Notes: generated from the sequence alone by a model not told the origin. Positions 1-11,074 are shown, numbered from the stretch's first letter. The stretch: DNA of 64,000 nucleotides from an uncultured Chthoniobacterales bacterium (GCA_964652295.1 CAZZCL010000003.1:141-64140); one strand, 5' to 3'. Numbers and translations: made by a program.

Positions 1-58
1 GTGCGCACAGCTCGGCCTCCCCGGCCAGCTGCTTGTCGCCGCCCCCGACGGTGCCTGC

Positions 59-1150
59 GTGTCACCGGCTTTCCGGCGCCCCGATCCTCCACACCTCACC
101 GCCACCAGGCGACGCGCCATCGAGGAAGCCTTTCGGTGGGGAGAACCCGTTCTGCTTTGGCAGGATGATACCCGCGTGCTCTTGGCTGTCGCCCTTTCTC
201 TCAATCAGGAATTGTCCGGCGCACTCATCGTTCAGGATATTCCCATCCCCGAATCTCCCGAAGCTGCCGCCCTCCAGCACCTGAACGCAGCGGCATGGAA
301 TCTCCAACTTGCCCTCGAGCAGGCCAATCTTTTGAACGCCGCCCTGATGGCCGCCAGGCGTGAACGCGGGCGAGAACAGCGCGAACAGGCCGAGGCTCTT
401 CACGAATCTAAACTCGAGGACGCCGCAAAACTCCGGCAGGGATTCCTGCGTCTCGAACCGGAACTGCTGCTCGCCGTCCGTCGGGGCGACCGGAGCGAAG
501 CCCGCCGTCTATTGAACAGCCTCCTGTTGTACCTTTACAACCTCGGCCGCAACGAGTTTCTTCGCGTGCGCGAACTGATCGCAGATCTCGTCGGCCAAAT
601 GCGTCACGCTGTCTCCGCATGCGGCGTCGATCCCGCCGCACACCCCGTCCTCGCCGCCCCGGTTTGGGAACGTCTCTCACGGATGACCGACGAAGAAGAA
701 CTTGGCCCGTGGCTTCATCAAACCCTTGAAGAGCTTATCTCAGCTCTCAATTCCTCAGCAGTCCGTCCAGCCCGCCTCCGTGCGCGGCTCGTCCTCGATT
801 TCATCCATGAACATCTTGCCCGCCCGCTCACCCGCGATCATGTAGCAGCCAAAGCCGGACTCTCCCCAGCCGAATTTTCCCGCATGCTGCGCCGCGAAAC
901 CGGACGCACCTTCTCCCAACACCTTCGCGCCATCCGCATCGACCAGGCCTGCCAGCTCCTGCGCGCAAGCCCCTATACCATCCAACAGATCGGTTCAGAA
1001 TGCGGCTACAACGATCAAGCTCACTTCTCCCGCGTGTTCAAATCCGAGACCGGAAAAAGCCCGGGTGCGTTTCGTGCCGCGAATTCTCACAATACATCAA
1101 AAGAATCTCATAAACCGTCAAAGACAGACCGCCGCTTTTCGGTATTTTAA
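59..1150 (+). CDS. AraC/XylS-family transcriptional regulator with an N-terminal sensor-like domain; may be 5'-truncated by the window edge
   Basis: The C-terminal ~100 aa form a classic double HTH (LARPLTRDHVAAKAGLSPAEFSRMLRRETGRTFSQHLRAIRIDQACQLL...GYNDQAHFSRVFK). The start is GTG at 59, but the frame stays open back to nt 2. Confidence 0.85.
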   Translation: MSPAFRRPDPPHLTATRRRAIEEAFRWGEPVLLWQDDTRVLLAVALSLNQELSGALIVQDIPIPESPEAAALQHLNAAAWNLQLALEQANLLNAALMAARRERGREQREQAEALHESKLEDAAKLRQGFLRLEPELLLAVRRGDRSEARRLLNSLLLYLYNLGRNEFLRVRELIADLVGQMRHAVSACGVDPAAHPVLAAPVWERLSRMTDEEELGPWLHQTLEELISALNSSAVRPARLRARLVLDFIHEHLARPLTRDHVAAKAGLSPAEFSRMLRRETGRTFSQHLRAIRIDQACQLLRASPYTIQQIGSECGYNDQAHFSRVFKSETGKSPGAFRAANSHNTSKESHKPSKTDRRFSVF

Positions 1151-1158
1151 CTGTGTTT

Positions 1159-1788
1159 ATGAATCTCGATCTTGCTCCCCTCACAGAATCCATCAAAACC
1201 GGCAGACGCAAAGACGCCAGAGCAATTACCGAACAGGCTCTCGCAGCGAACACCGCGCCCCAGGCAATCCTCGACGCGCTTACCGCCGGCATGGACGACG
1301 TCGGCCGCCGCTTCAAAGCCAACGAAATTTTCGTTCCCGAAGTGCTCGTCGCAGCGCGGGCAATGAAAACAGCCATGGAATTGCTTGAACCCGTTCTTGC
1401 CGCCTCAGGCATCGAACCGGAGTTCACCATTGTCATCGGCACGGTCGAAGGCGATCTCCATGACATCGGCAAGAATCTCGTCGCCATGATGATGAAAGGC
1501 GCCAACTTCCGCGTGATCGATCTGGGAACGAACGTACCACCACAAAAATTCCTCGAAGCCGCCGCCGAACACAAGGCGCAGCTGGTCGGACTTTCCGCTC
1601 TCCTCACGACAACCATGCCTGCCATGAAGACGACCGTCAAAATGCTGAAAGCCAACGGACTCAATGCCAGGATTCTCATCGGCGGCGCGCCCGTCACGCA
1701 ATCGTTCGCAGACGAAATCGGCGCAGACGGCTATTCACCCGATGCCGCCAGCGCGGTGGACCTCGCACGATCCCTCGTTGTCGCCTGA
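1159..1788 (+). CDS. Corrinoid (B12)-binding protein of a methyltransferase system (MtaC/MtbC/MttC-like)
   Basis: Carries the DxHxxG motif (GDLHDIGKN), SxL (LSALLTTT) and GG (IGGAPV), plus an N-terminal helical cap. An alternative GTG start lies at 1153, 2 nt after the regulator's stop. Confidence 0.9.
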   Translation: MNLDLAPLTESIKTGRRKDARAITEQALAANTAPQAILDALTAGMDDVGRRFKANEIFVPEVLVAARAMKTAMELLEPVLAASGIEPEFTIVIGTVEGDLHDIGKNLVAMMMKGANFRVIDLGTNVPPQKFLEAAAEHKAQLVGLSALLTTTMPAMKTTVKMLKANGLNARILIGGAPVTQSFADEIGADGYSPDAASAVDLARSLVVA

Positions 1789-1832
1789 GCCCCCCCGAGA
1801 GCTGGCATCAGTTTTTCATACCCCCCTCCACC

Positions 1833-2867
1833 ATGGAACGTTCATTCTATCTCGACCTCGCCACCGCCGGTCATCGCGCGCCAATCGCCACGCATCTCGT
1901 CCTTCACGAAAAGTCCGATGCCGAAACCGTGCCGTTCAATGGACGGCGTCTCGGCGACATCGTCGTTGAGACTGCAGAATCATACCGCACGCCACTCGCC
2001 ATTCCACTCATGGATCTCACCGTGGAAAAGCAGGCGCTGCTCCGCGCTATGGGCATCGCAGACCAGCAGATCCCATCGCACCATTTTGACGAACCGCCCC
2101 CGGACACCGATGCCATCCCCGCCACGGAACGCATGACTGCGACATGTGAAGCCATCGCGCACGTGGCATCCAGCGGCGGATCGCTTGTGCCCGTCGGCAT
2201 GTGCATCGGGCCCTTCTCCCTCATGACCAAACTGGTCAGCGACCCCATCACCCCCGTCTTTATGGCTGCCAATGGCATGGACGCACAGGACGAACCCGAA
2301 ATTGGCGTCATCGAGAAATGTCTCGAGGTCGCTCTGCCCGTCATCCTTCAATATATCGAGGCCCAGATCGCCGCGGGGGCAAAGGCCATCATCGTCTGCG
2401 AACCCGCAGCAAACCTCGTGTATTTTTCACCGAACCAACTCGCCGAATCCTTCGAGATCTTTGAGCGCTACGTCATGGACGGAATGCGGTCCATACGCGA
2501 GACGCTCGCCCGCCACGATGTCGACCTTATCTTTCACGATTGCGGGGAACTCACCGACACCATGGTAGAACGTTTCGGGACGCTCGACCCGGCAATCATC
2601 AGCCTCGGCGGATCCAGGAAACTCTGGCAGGACGCACGGCTCCTGCCAAAAACCACCGTTCTCTATGGCAACCTCCCCACAAAACAGTTCTATTCCACCA
2701 GCCTGACCCGTACGGACGTGGAGACCATGACCCTCGCACTGCTCGAGAACATGCGCGCCGCAGATCACCCTTTCATTCTTGGCAGCGAATGCGACATCCT
2801 GAGCGTGCCTGGAAGCGAACGCGAGATCTCGGACAAGGTAAACGTCTTTCTTTCCGCCGGACAATGA
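1833..2867 (+). CDS. URO-D-family methyltransferase, MtaA/MtbA/CmuA-like (corrinoid-dependent methyl transfer)
   Basis: 344 aa. It has an HxC...C putative zinc triad (IFHDCGEL ... GSECDI) as in MtaA-type enzymes. It sits adjacent to the corrinoid protein. Confidence 0.75.
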   Translation: MERSFYLDLATAGHRAPIATHLVLHEKSDAETVPFNGRRLGDIVVETAESYRTPLAIPLMDLTVEKQALLRAMGIADQQIPSHHFDEPPPDTDAIPATERMTATCEAIAHVASSGGSLVPVGMCIGPFSLMTKLVSDPITPVFMAANGMDAQDEPEIGVIEKCLEVALPVILQYIEAQIAAGAKAIIVCEPAANLVYFSPNQLAESFEIFERYVMDGMRSIRETLARHDVDLIFHDCGELTDTMVERFGTLDPAIISLGGSRKLWQDARLLPKTTVLYGNLPTKQFYSTSLTRTDVETMTLALLENMRAADHPFILGSECDILSVPGSEREISDKVNVFLSAGQ

Positions 2868-3622
2868 CACAGCTCGGCGGGACGACCCAATTGCAGCCGC
2901 CCATCCCTTCCGGGTCGTCTGCACTCGTCGTTTGCGACGTGTTCAAGGAAGAACTCGACGCCATGCCCACACTCCCCGCCTGTGCCCGCATAGCATGGAT
3001 CCCAATGGGTCTTCACGACCGCCCAGCTGAACTCCGTGCCCGCGTCCAATCTGAAGTCGACGGGTGCGACGCCGATTCAGCTATCGCCACGGTGTTGCTC
3101 CTCTTCGGAATGTGCGGCGGCGGGCTTGATGGCATCCGCGCCAAACGCTGCCGCCTCGTCGTTCCACGGGCGCACGACTGCATCGCCCTTCTCCTCGGCG
3201 CGAACGCACGTCACCGGCAGATTACCGCGGAATGCCCCGGGACCTATTTTTACACTCCAGGCTGGATCCGCGAACGTCGCGTGCCCGGACCCGATCGGGA
3301 AACCCATCTCCGCGAACGGTACGCAGACACCTATGACGACGACGTCCTTGAAGATCTCATCGAGGCGGATCGCGAAACATTCGCGCATTACGAGCGCGCG
3401 CTTTTCGTGAAAACCCCTGCCGCAGGTTCCGCCGAATCCTATTGTCGGCGCTGCGCGGAACACCTCGGATGGCGCTTTCAATGCGTCGAAGGCAATATGC
3501 AATGGCTTCACGATTGTCTGCATGGACCCTGGGATGCCGCCCGCTTTGCCATCGCCGAACCCGGCCAGACGCTGCAACGAGACACCTCCGATGGCGTGTT
3601 CCGCGCCGTCTCCACGACTTGA
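2864..3622 (+). CDS. DUF1638-like protein (uncharacterised; recurrent neighbour of corrinoid methyltransferases)
   Basis: The ATG at 2864 overlaps the upstream TGA (ATGA). 252 aa, Cys-rich (VVCDVF, FGMCGGG, RAHDCIALL). The DUF1638 assignment is from memory of that family's context and length. Confidence 0.6.
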   Translation: MTQLGGTTQLQPPIPSGSSALVVCDVFKEELDAMPTLPACARIAWIPMGLHDRPAELRARVQSEVDGCDADSAIATVLLLFGMCGGGLDGIRAKRCRLVVPRAHDCIALLLGANARHRQITAECPGTYFYTPGWIRERRVPGPDRETHLRERYADTYDDDVLEDLIEADRETFAHYERALFVKTPAAGSAESYCRRCAEHLGWRFQCVEGNMQWLHDCLHGPWDAARFAIAEPGQTLQRDTSDGVFRAVSTT

Positions 3623-3627
3623 AGGCA

Positions 3628-5214
3628 ATGCCCGTGCTGCTGGACGAGAACCGAGGCACACTGCCCGCAGCGGCGCCCATCGCGTCCCCAGACGAATCGC
3701 TTGCCGCATGGCTTAATGCCTGCGGGCATCCCTTGAATATGCGCTGCTCGGGCCGCGGACTTTGTCGTGGCTGCGAAGTCGATATTCTCCCGTCGCATGA
3801 CGCCCCGCCGCGGCGCGTCAAAGCCTGCCAAACCCAAGCGCACGAGGTGCTTCACTCGACAGGCGTCTACGCCATCCGGATCCCCCGCGCGTCGCGCTTC
3901 GACGGCTCACTCACCGGAGTCAGCGCGTTCGACGTGGAGCCTCAGCTTGAAGAGTTTCCGACGGATCCCGACTTCACAACCGGTCTTGCCATCGATATTG
4001 GCACGACAACCCTCGCTGCTGCGTTCTGGCAGGGCAGCCCCCCACGCTGCACAACAACCGCCACCCTGCCCAACCCGCAGATTCGGTTTGGCGACAATGT
4101 CGTCAGCCGCGTTCAATACGCAGTCACTCATCCGGATGGCGCCTCACTGCTGCACCGTTCGCTGATCCACGAAGGCATCAAGCCCCTCCTCGCGCGCACG
4201 GTCGAGAATGCTCATCCCCGACCATCCAATATTCCAACGCTTGCCGTGGCGGGTAACCCCGTCATGCTTCACACCTTTGCCGGCCTGCCCCTACACGGAT
4301 TCGCAACCTACCCGTTTCACCCGGAATTCCTCGCCGGCCGGACACTTACAGGCTCGAGGATTGGCCTGCCCGACTACTCAACCATCGTCCTTCTGCCATC
4401 CATCGGTCCTTTTGTCGGAGCGGATATCGCAGCAGGTGCCCTGGCTTGCGGCATGATGTCTGGAACCAAACCTGCGCTTCTCATCGACTTCGGAACCAAC
4501 GGCGAAATCCTTCTTCGATCTCCGGACGCATGGCTGGCAACCGCAACTGCAGCCGGCCCCGCCTTTGAAGGAGGACGCCTCCGCTGCGGCGCCGCAGCGG
4601 GCAACGGCGTCGTTGGAGCCATCCTCGGACGCGACCCGTCTGGACAATGGCAGGTGCGCCACGCCGGAAGCGCATTCCCACAGCGCTATCATGGAATTGC
4701 CGGAGCCGCTTACGTCGATTTCCTGGCCATCGGACGCGAAGTCGGCCTCATTCTGCCCAGCGGACGTTTCGATCCATCTCATCCGGCAGTCGCCAGCGTC
4801 ATGGATTCCGAAGGCGACGCGGAACTCCGCGTGGATCTCGCCCCCGGTATTTTCGTTACTGAAGCGGATATCGCGGAACTGATTCAGGCCAAAGCCGCAA
4901 TTCAGGCCGGATGGACCACCCTTCTGCAGCTCGCCGGGATCGACGTGGACGACCTGGCCGCAGTGTATATCGCTGGCGGCTTTGGCTATCATCTGCAACC
5001 GGCGCATGCCATCCGCACGGGTCTTGTCCCCCCTGTTCCATTGGATCGCTGCCGACTCACCGGCAACACATCGCTTGGAGGTGCGTCGCTCGCGTTGCTC
5101 AAACCGCGCGCGCTGGAACGCATCGAAAGCCTGCGCGACCAAACGCATCTTGTCGAACTCAACCAAAACGATGAGTTCGAAGACAACTACATCGACGCAA
5201 TGGTTCTCTCGTGA
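3628..5214 (+). CDS. Corrinoid reductive activase (RACo/RamA-like): N-terminal [2Fe-2S] ferredoxin plus ASKHA ATPase domain
   Basis: N-terminal Cys cluster Cx5CxxC...C (CSGRGLCRGCEV...KAC). ASKHA motifs are present: LAIDIGTTT, LLIDFGTNGE, AGPAFEGG. The ATG at 3628 lies 5 nt after the DUF1638 stop. Confidence 0.8.
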   Translation: MPVLLDENRGTLPAAAPIASPDESLAAWLNACGHPLNMRCSGRGLCRGCEVDILPSHDAPPRRVKACQTQAHEVLHSTGVYAIRIPRASRFDGSLTGVSAFDVEPQLEEFPTDPDFTTGLAIDIGTTTLAAAFWQGSPPRCTTTATLPNPQIRFGDNVVSRVQYAVTHPDGASLLHRSLIHEGIKPLLARTVENAHPRPSNIPTLAVAGNPVMLHTFAGLPLHGFATYPFHPEFLAGRTLTGSRIGLPDYSTIVLLPSIGPFVGADIAAGALACGMMSGTKPALLIDFGTNGEILLRSPDAWLATATAAGPAFEGGRLRCGAAAGNGVVGAILGRDPSGQWQVRHAGSAFPQRYHGIAGAAYVDFLAIGREVGLILPSGRFDPSHPAVASVMDSEGDAELRVDLAPGIFVTEADIAELIQAKAAIQAGWTTLLQLAGIDVDDLAAVYIAGGFGYHLQPAHAIRTGLVPPVPLDRCRLTGNTSLGGASLALLKPRALERIESLRDQTHLVELNQNDEFEDNYIDAMVLS

Positions 5215-5276
5215 ACCGGCACCCAGACCCAGCATACCAGGCCGACTCACGAATCCACCTGCGCTGGCGTACAGCT

Positions 5277-5302
5277 AAACGTGTCGCACGTGCGACACGT
5301 TT
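5277..5302 (+). terminator. Intrinsic terminator: perfect 26-nt palindrome followed by a T run
   Basis: The sequence aaacgtgtcgcac|gtgcgacacgttt has 13-nt arms, and the 3' arm ends in TTTT(GG). It lies 63 nt after the activase stop. Confidence 0.7.
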
Positions 5303-5389
5303 TGGTGCAACGGGATTCGGCGGCTGAAGGCTATAGTTCTGGTCGACGCCACTTGCCAGCGGGGTAAAATGACATGGGGGTTCCCGGCC

Positions 5390-5998
5390 ATGACACTACC
5401 AAACTGGATCACGCTGTTTCGCATCCTGCTGATTCCCGTGTTTGTCGGGCTTGCAATCTACTATGGAAAAAGCCTTCAGGCAGGAGCCCCCGTCGAGTGG
5501 CAGCGGTGGGGAGCGGTGGGCGCATTCACCCTGGCCGCTTTGAGCGACGGCATCGACGGTTTTATCGCCCGCCGTTACAATCTGCAGAGCGCTCTTGGCC
5601 GCGTTTTAGATCCGATCGCCGACAAAGGCCTGATGCTTGCGGCGATTCTCACGTTGAGCTTCAGCGCCTGGCATTTTGAGCTGCCTGTTTGGTTCGCATT
5701 GCTTGTGATTACGCGGGACGTCATCATTCTTGCCGGCGTTGCATTGCTGCATCACCTCTTAGGCCGGGTGGAAATCCGCCCGAGTCGTCTCGGCAAACTC
5801 TGCACCTTTGCTCAGATGATCACCATTTGCTGGGTGTTGTATCTCCCGCGCGGAATGCCAGACGATGTGTTCATGATTCCTGTTGCGATCGCCGGCGTAC
5901 TCACCGTGCTTTCCGGAATCGCATACATTCTGGAAGGAAGACGTTTGCTCCGCACACATAGCCACAATCGTCCGGCACCGGATACATCGACATCATGA
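5390..5998 (+). CDS. pgsA: CDP-diacylglycerol--glycerol-3-phosphate 3-phosphatidyltransferase
   Basis: CDP-alcohol phosphatidyltransferase motif DGIDGFIARR...GRVLDPIADK. The N-terminus MTLPNWITLFRILLIP resembles PgsA. An alternative ATG lies at 5369. Confidence 0.85.
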   Translation: MTLPNWITLFRILLIPVFVGLAIYYGKSLQAGAPVEWQRWGAVGAFTLAALSDGIDGFIARRYNLQSALGRVLDPIADKGLMLAAILTLSFSAWHFELPVWFALLVITRDVIILAGVALLHHLLGRVEIRPSRLGKLCTFAQMITICWVLYLPRGMPDDVFMIPVAIAGVLTVLSGIAYILEGRRLLRTHSHNRPAPDTSTS

Positions 5999-7458
5999 GC
6001 AGCGTTCCGGAGAGACTGCCCCGGGTGGCGATCGTGGGGCGGCCCAACGTGGGCAAGTCCGCGTTGTTTAACCGGCTCGCGCAACGCCGGATTTCGATTG
6101 TGCACGATCAACCCGGGGTGACTCGCGACCGGTTGCATGCGCTCTGTCACCTTGGGAACCGTCTATTCGAGATTGTCGACACCGGCGGCATCGGCGGTGG
6201 CGCAGCGGATGAGTTTGGAGATGCAACAGCGCATGAGGCTGAACTGGCCATCGAGATCGCAGATGCGATCGTTCTAGTGGTCGATGCCAAAGACGGGGTG
6301 ACCCCGGTGGACGCAGCCCTGGCCTCACGGTTGCGTCGGGCAGGCAAACCGCTGATTCTCGCAATCAACAAGGTCGATCATGAACGGCATCGTTCACTGG
6401 CCGCGGAGTTTGAACAACTGGGAATCGATCCGGCCCTTGCCCTGAGTGCAGCGCATGGCTCGGGTGTGGAAGCGCTGGTGAGAGAAACGGTCGTCCGGCT
6501 TCCGCTGGCGGTGGAAGACGCAACCGACCCGCAGCCGGACGGTCCGTCGGCGGTGCGCGTGGCGATCGCCGGTCGGCCGAACGTGGGGAAAAGCTCCCTG
6601 ATGAATGCCATCCTCGGCGAGCCGCGTGCGATTGTCAGCGAGGTTGCGGGCACGACGCGGGACAGCGTCGATACACCATTTCGGTTTGAGGGCCGCAATT
6701 ACGTGCTGGTGGACACGGCGGGTCTGAGGCACCAGCGAAAGCACCGGACATCGGTCGAAGTCTTCAGTGCAATGCGCTCCCGAGAAAACATCGCAACATC
6801 CGACCTATGCGTGCTGGTAATCGATGCGACGGCGGGAGTCACAAGTCAGGATAAACAAATTGCCGGCGCGATTCAGGAGAACGCGCGCCCATGTGTGGTG
6901 GCGGTCAGCAAATGGGATCTTGCCAGGCCCGAACGCGGGGCGCGGGAAGCATGCCACAAACTGGAGCGCGACATCGCAGAGACGCTCTTCTTTCTTGGGC
7001 ACGCACCTGCTGTTCCGCTCAGTTCGCTGACGGGCGAAAACGTTCCGCGTCTCCTCCGCGAGATCCGCCGTGTGGAACTGGCCTCAGCGCGACACATCGA
7101 GACGGGGCGTTTCAATCGTCTGCTTCAGGACGTGCAAACCACCAACCCGCCACCATTAAAGGGAACCAAACGCTTGAAAATCTTCTACGGAACTCAAGCG
7201 GCCCCAATCCCCGGTGGCGTGATCCCGCCACCGACCTTTGTGCTTTTTGTGAATCAACCCGGGCTTCTTACGCCGGCCTACGGACGGTATTTGGAGCGGC
7301 GCATCCGTGAGGTGGAAGCCTATCCGGGACTGCCCATCAGGCTGCGGCTTCGCGGCCGCAGTGCGGTGGGAAGACAGGAGCCGCGGCCCGACGGACACCT
7401 CACTTCATCGTCTTCCAAAGCGCAAACGCCGCGCGCAAAAGGGCGGCGGACACCATAA
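5995..7458 (+). CDS. der: Ribosome-associated GTPase Der (EngA), with two GTPase domains plus KH
   Basis: Two P-loops are present (GRPNVGKSALFN and GRPNVGKSSLMN). ATGA overlap with pgsA. A basic C-terminal tail is present. Confidence 0.95.
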   Translation: MSSVPERLPRVAIVGRPNVGKSALFNRLAQRRISIVHDQPGVTRDRLHALCHLGNRLFEIVDTGGIGGGAADEFGDATAHEAELAIEIADAIVLVVDAKDGVTPVDAALASRLRRAGKPLILAINKVDHERHRSLAAEFEQLGIDPALALSAAHGSGVEALVRETVVRLPLAVEDATDPQPDGPSAVRVAIAGRPNVGKSSLMNAILGEPRAIVSEVAGTTRDSVDTPFRFEGRNYVLVDTAGLRHQRKHRTSVEVFSAMRSRENIATSDLCVLVIDATAGVTSQDKQIAGAIQENARPCVVAVSKWDLARPERGAREACHKLERDIAETLFFLGHAPAVPLSSLTGENVPRLLREIRRVELASARHIETGRFNRLLQDVQTTNPPPLKGTKRLKIFYGTQAAPIPGGVIPPPTFVLFVNQPGLLTPAYGRYLERRIREVEAYPGLPIRLRLRGRSAVGRQEPRPDGHLTSSSSKAQTPRAKGRRTP

Positions 7459-7651
7459 GAATGGTTACAACAAGGAAATAGCGGGCGAAGAGGACGAGTT
7501 CTTCTCCGCGAGGCTGCCAAACTGCCCGGACGCCGAGGGTCAGCGCGGTATAGAGAACAACAATAAGCGTTGTTCCATTGCACCAACGGATTTTGCGCTT
7601 CTGCGATGGATTATGGTGCGTTTGCGGTGGAGACTGGTTGAGACGACCCAT
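7400..7651 (-). CDS. Possible small two-TM membrane protein (hypothetical)
   Basis: 83-aa ORF downstream of thiC with two hydrophobic helices (TTLIVVLYTALTLGV; FARYFLVVTILMVSAALL). Its 3' end overlaps the der 3' end by 59 nt. No family recognised. Confidence 0.3.
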   Translation of the reverse strand: MGRLNQSPPQTHHNPSQKRKIRWCNGTTLIVVLYTALTLGVRAVWQPRGEELVLFARYFLVVTILMVSAALLRAAFALWKTMK

Positions 7652-7682
7652 GGCATGCGTGGAGACGCGGAACTGCCCGCAA

Positions 7683-9715
<2,033 letters not shown>

Positions 9716-9814
9716 GACCCAGCTTACGTTGCAGAAAAGAGAAGGGCAAGGAGCATTCGCAACTTGACTGCCTGCCAACAACCCGGCCACCCTGCTCCCG
9801 ATCAGCAGCAGGAA

Positions 9815-10153
9815 ATGGACACTCTTGAAATGACTCTCAGGACAGCGGGCAGAGCCTGCGTAATTTCGCTTTCCGGCAGTGCAAACAATGAAACGAGCGC
9901 GATGCTGGAGCAGGGATTGATGGAAGCGGCACGCTCCGGACAGCCGCGCACGATCGTGGATGCCTCCGCGCTGATGAAGATCACCAGCGCCGGCCTTCGG
10001 AGCCTGTTGACCGGCGCGCGAGCCATTGAGGCGTCCGGTGGCGTTATGATCCTTGCGGGGGCTGTGCCACAGGTGGCCAGAGTTTTGGATTTAACGGGGC
10101 TGGGACACATGTTTCAAACAAGTCCCAGTCTGCAGGCAGCTCTTGAGGGCTGA
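9815..10153 (+). CDS. STAS-domain anti-sigma-factor antagonist
   Basis: 112 aa. Contains the SpoIIAA-like ...VDASALMKITSAGLRSLL... with a conserved Ser in TSAGL. ATG at 9815; the longer ORF starting at 9680 would run over the riboswitch. Confidence 0.75.
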   Translation: MDTLEMTLRTAGRACVISLSGSANNETSAMLEQGLMEAARSGQPRTIVDASALMKITSAGLRSLLTGARAIEASGGVMILAGAVPQVARVLDLTGLGHMFQTSPSLQAALEG

Positions 10154-10197
10154 AGACGAACAGGGACGGCAGCGCACCCCCACGGAAACACCAGGTC

Positions 10198-10238
10198 TGC
10201 ACCCCGCTCTCGGAACGAGCCCAAACGTGCGGGGTGCA
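10198..10238. terminator. Hairpin between convergent genes (weak bidirectional terminator candidate)
   Basis: TGCACCCCGC ... GCGGGGTGCA forms a 10-bp stem with a 21-nt loop. No clear U-tract on either strand. Confidence 0.3.
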
Positions 10239-10246
10239 AAAGCGGC

Positions 10247-10939
10247 CTAAATTTCCGCACCCGCAGGTTCAGGCTTCGGTGCGGGATCCTTTTGTTCGAG
10301 GAGCGGTTCAATTGAGGGATCGACGCGGCGCATCGCATCCTTCATCGCATCGCGCAGCTCACGGGCAGCAGCCGCTTTCTGATCGCGATCCCCGGCATTC
10401 TTCAATTTCTCGCGTGCCGCAACCACCGCCGGATCCTCTGCAGCATTCTCGCGCGCAGCATCCAGTTTCGCGCGCTGTTCGTCAGTTAAGTTGGGGTTAT
10501 TGCGAGGACTGCCATCACGTCCAGGGCCACGTTCGAAGAAGCGCCTTCCGGGGCCTCCAGGACCGCGCCCTTTTCGAGCCTGTTCTACTTTGTCGAGAAT
10601 CGGCTGCAACGATGGGTCGGCTTTGAGCAGGGCTTCACGAAACGCCGTGCGCATGGAGTCGTGGCGCTGCTTCATACCCTCGCGCAATTCGGCAAGGCGC
10701 GGATCGTCTTTGGCCTTCCGCAACGCTTCACCAAACTGACGCATTTCGTCCTCGGAAAGCACGTTGCGCAGCGCGCCGATGCGTGAGCCGGGGCGCAAGT
10801 CGTCTGGACCCTTTCCGAATCCTTCCCCAGGAGACGGGGGCGGCGGAGCGTCCTGAGCAACTCCTTTCGAGACGAGGCCAACGGTGGCCAGGATGGCTGC
10901 GGTGATGATTGCAAGCGGTGTGTGGGATGTGGAGATCAT
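10247..10939 (-). CDS. Secreted helical-repeat protein, Spy/CpxP-like (LTxxQ motif)
   Basis: Has a signal peptide (AAILATVGLVSKGVAQD) and an LTDEQRAKL motif. Two ~75-aa modules each end in DPS[LI][QE]P[IL]L[DE]. Confidence 0.6.
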   Translation of the reverse strand: MISTSHTPLAIITAAILATVGLVSKGVAQDAPPPPSPGEGFGKGPDDLRPGSRIGALRNVLSEDEMRQFGEALRKAKDDPRLAELREGMKQRHDSMRTAFREALLKADPSLQPILDKVEQARKGRGPGGPGRRFFERGPGRDGSPRNNPNLTDEQRAKLDAARENAAEDPAVVAAREKLKNAGDRDQKAAAARELRDAMKDAMRRVDPSIEPLLEQKDPAPKPEPAGAEI

Positions 10940-11074
10940 GGGTTGTGTTCTGGTTTGTTGGATTCACCAGATGCAACACCCACAAGCGGATAAAGTTGCG
11001 CCAACTTATGGCACACGGCGAAGTCGCTGCAAACGCATGGAGTCGCGCTCCCCGATTCTCAATCCGATCGCGCC

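Noticed and set aside
2540-2863. N-terminal 108-aa extension of the DUF1638 ORF in the ORF track (and similarly 3442-3627 for the activase)
   Set aside because: The extensions overlap the preceding genes in another frame and are Arg/His-rich. Internal ATGs at 2864 (ATGA coupling) and 3628 give sensible N-termini.
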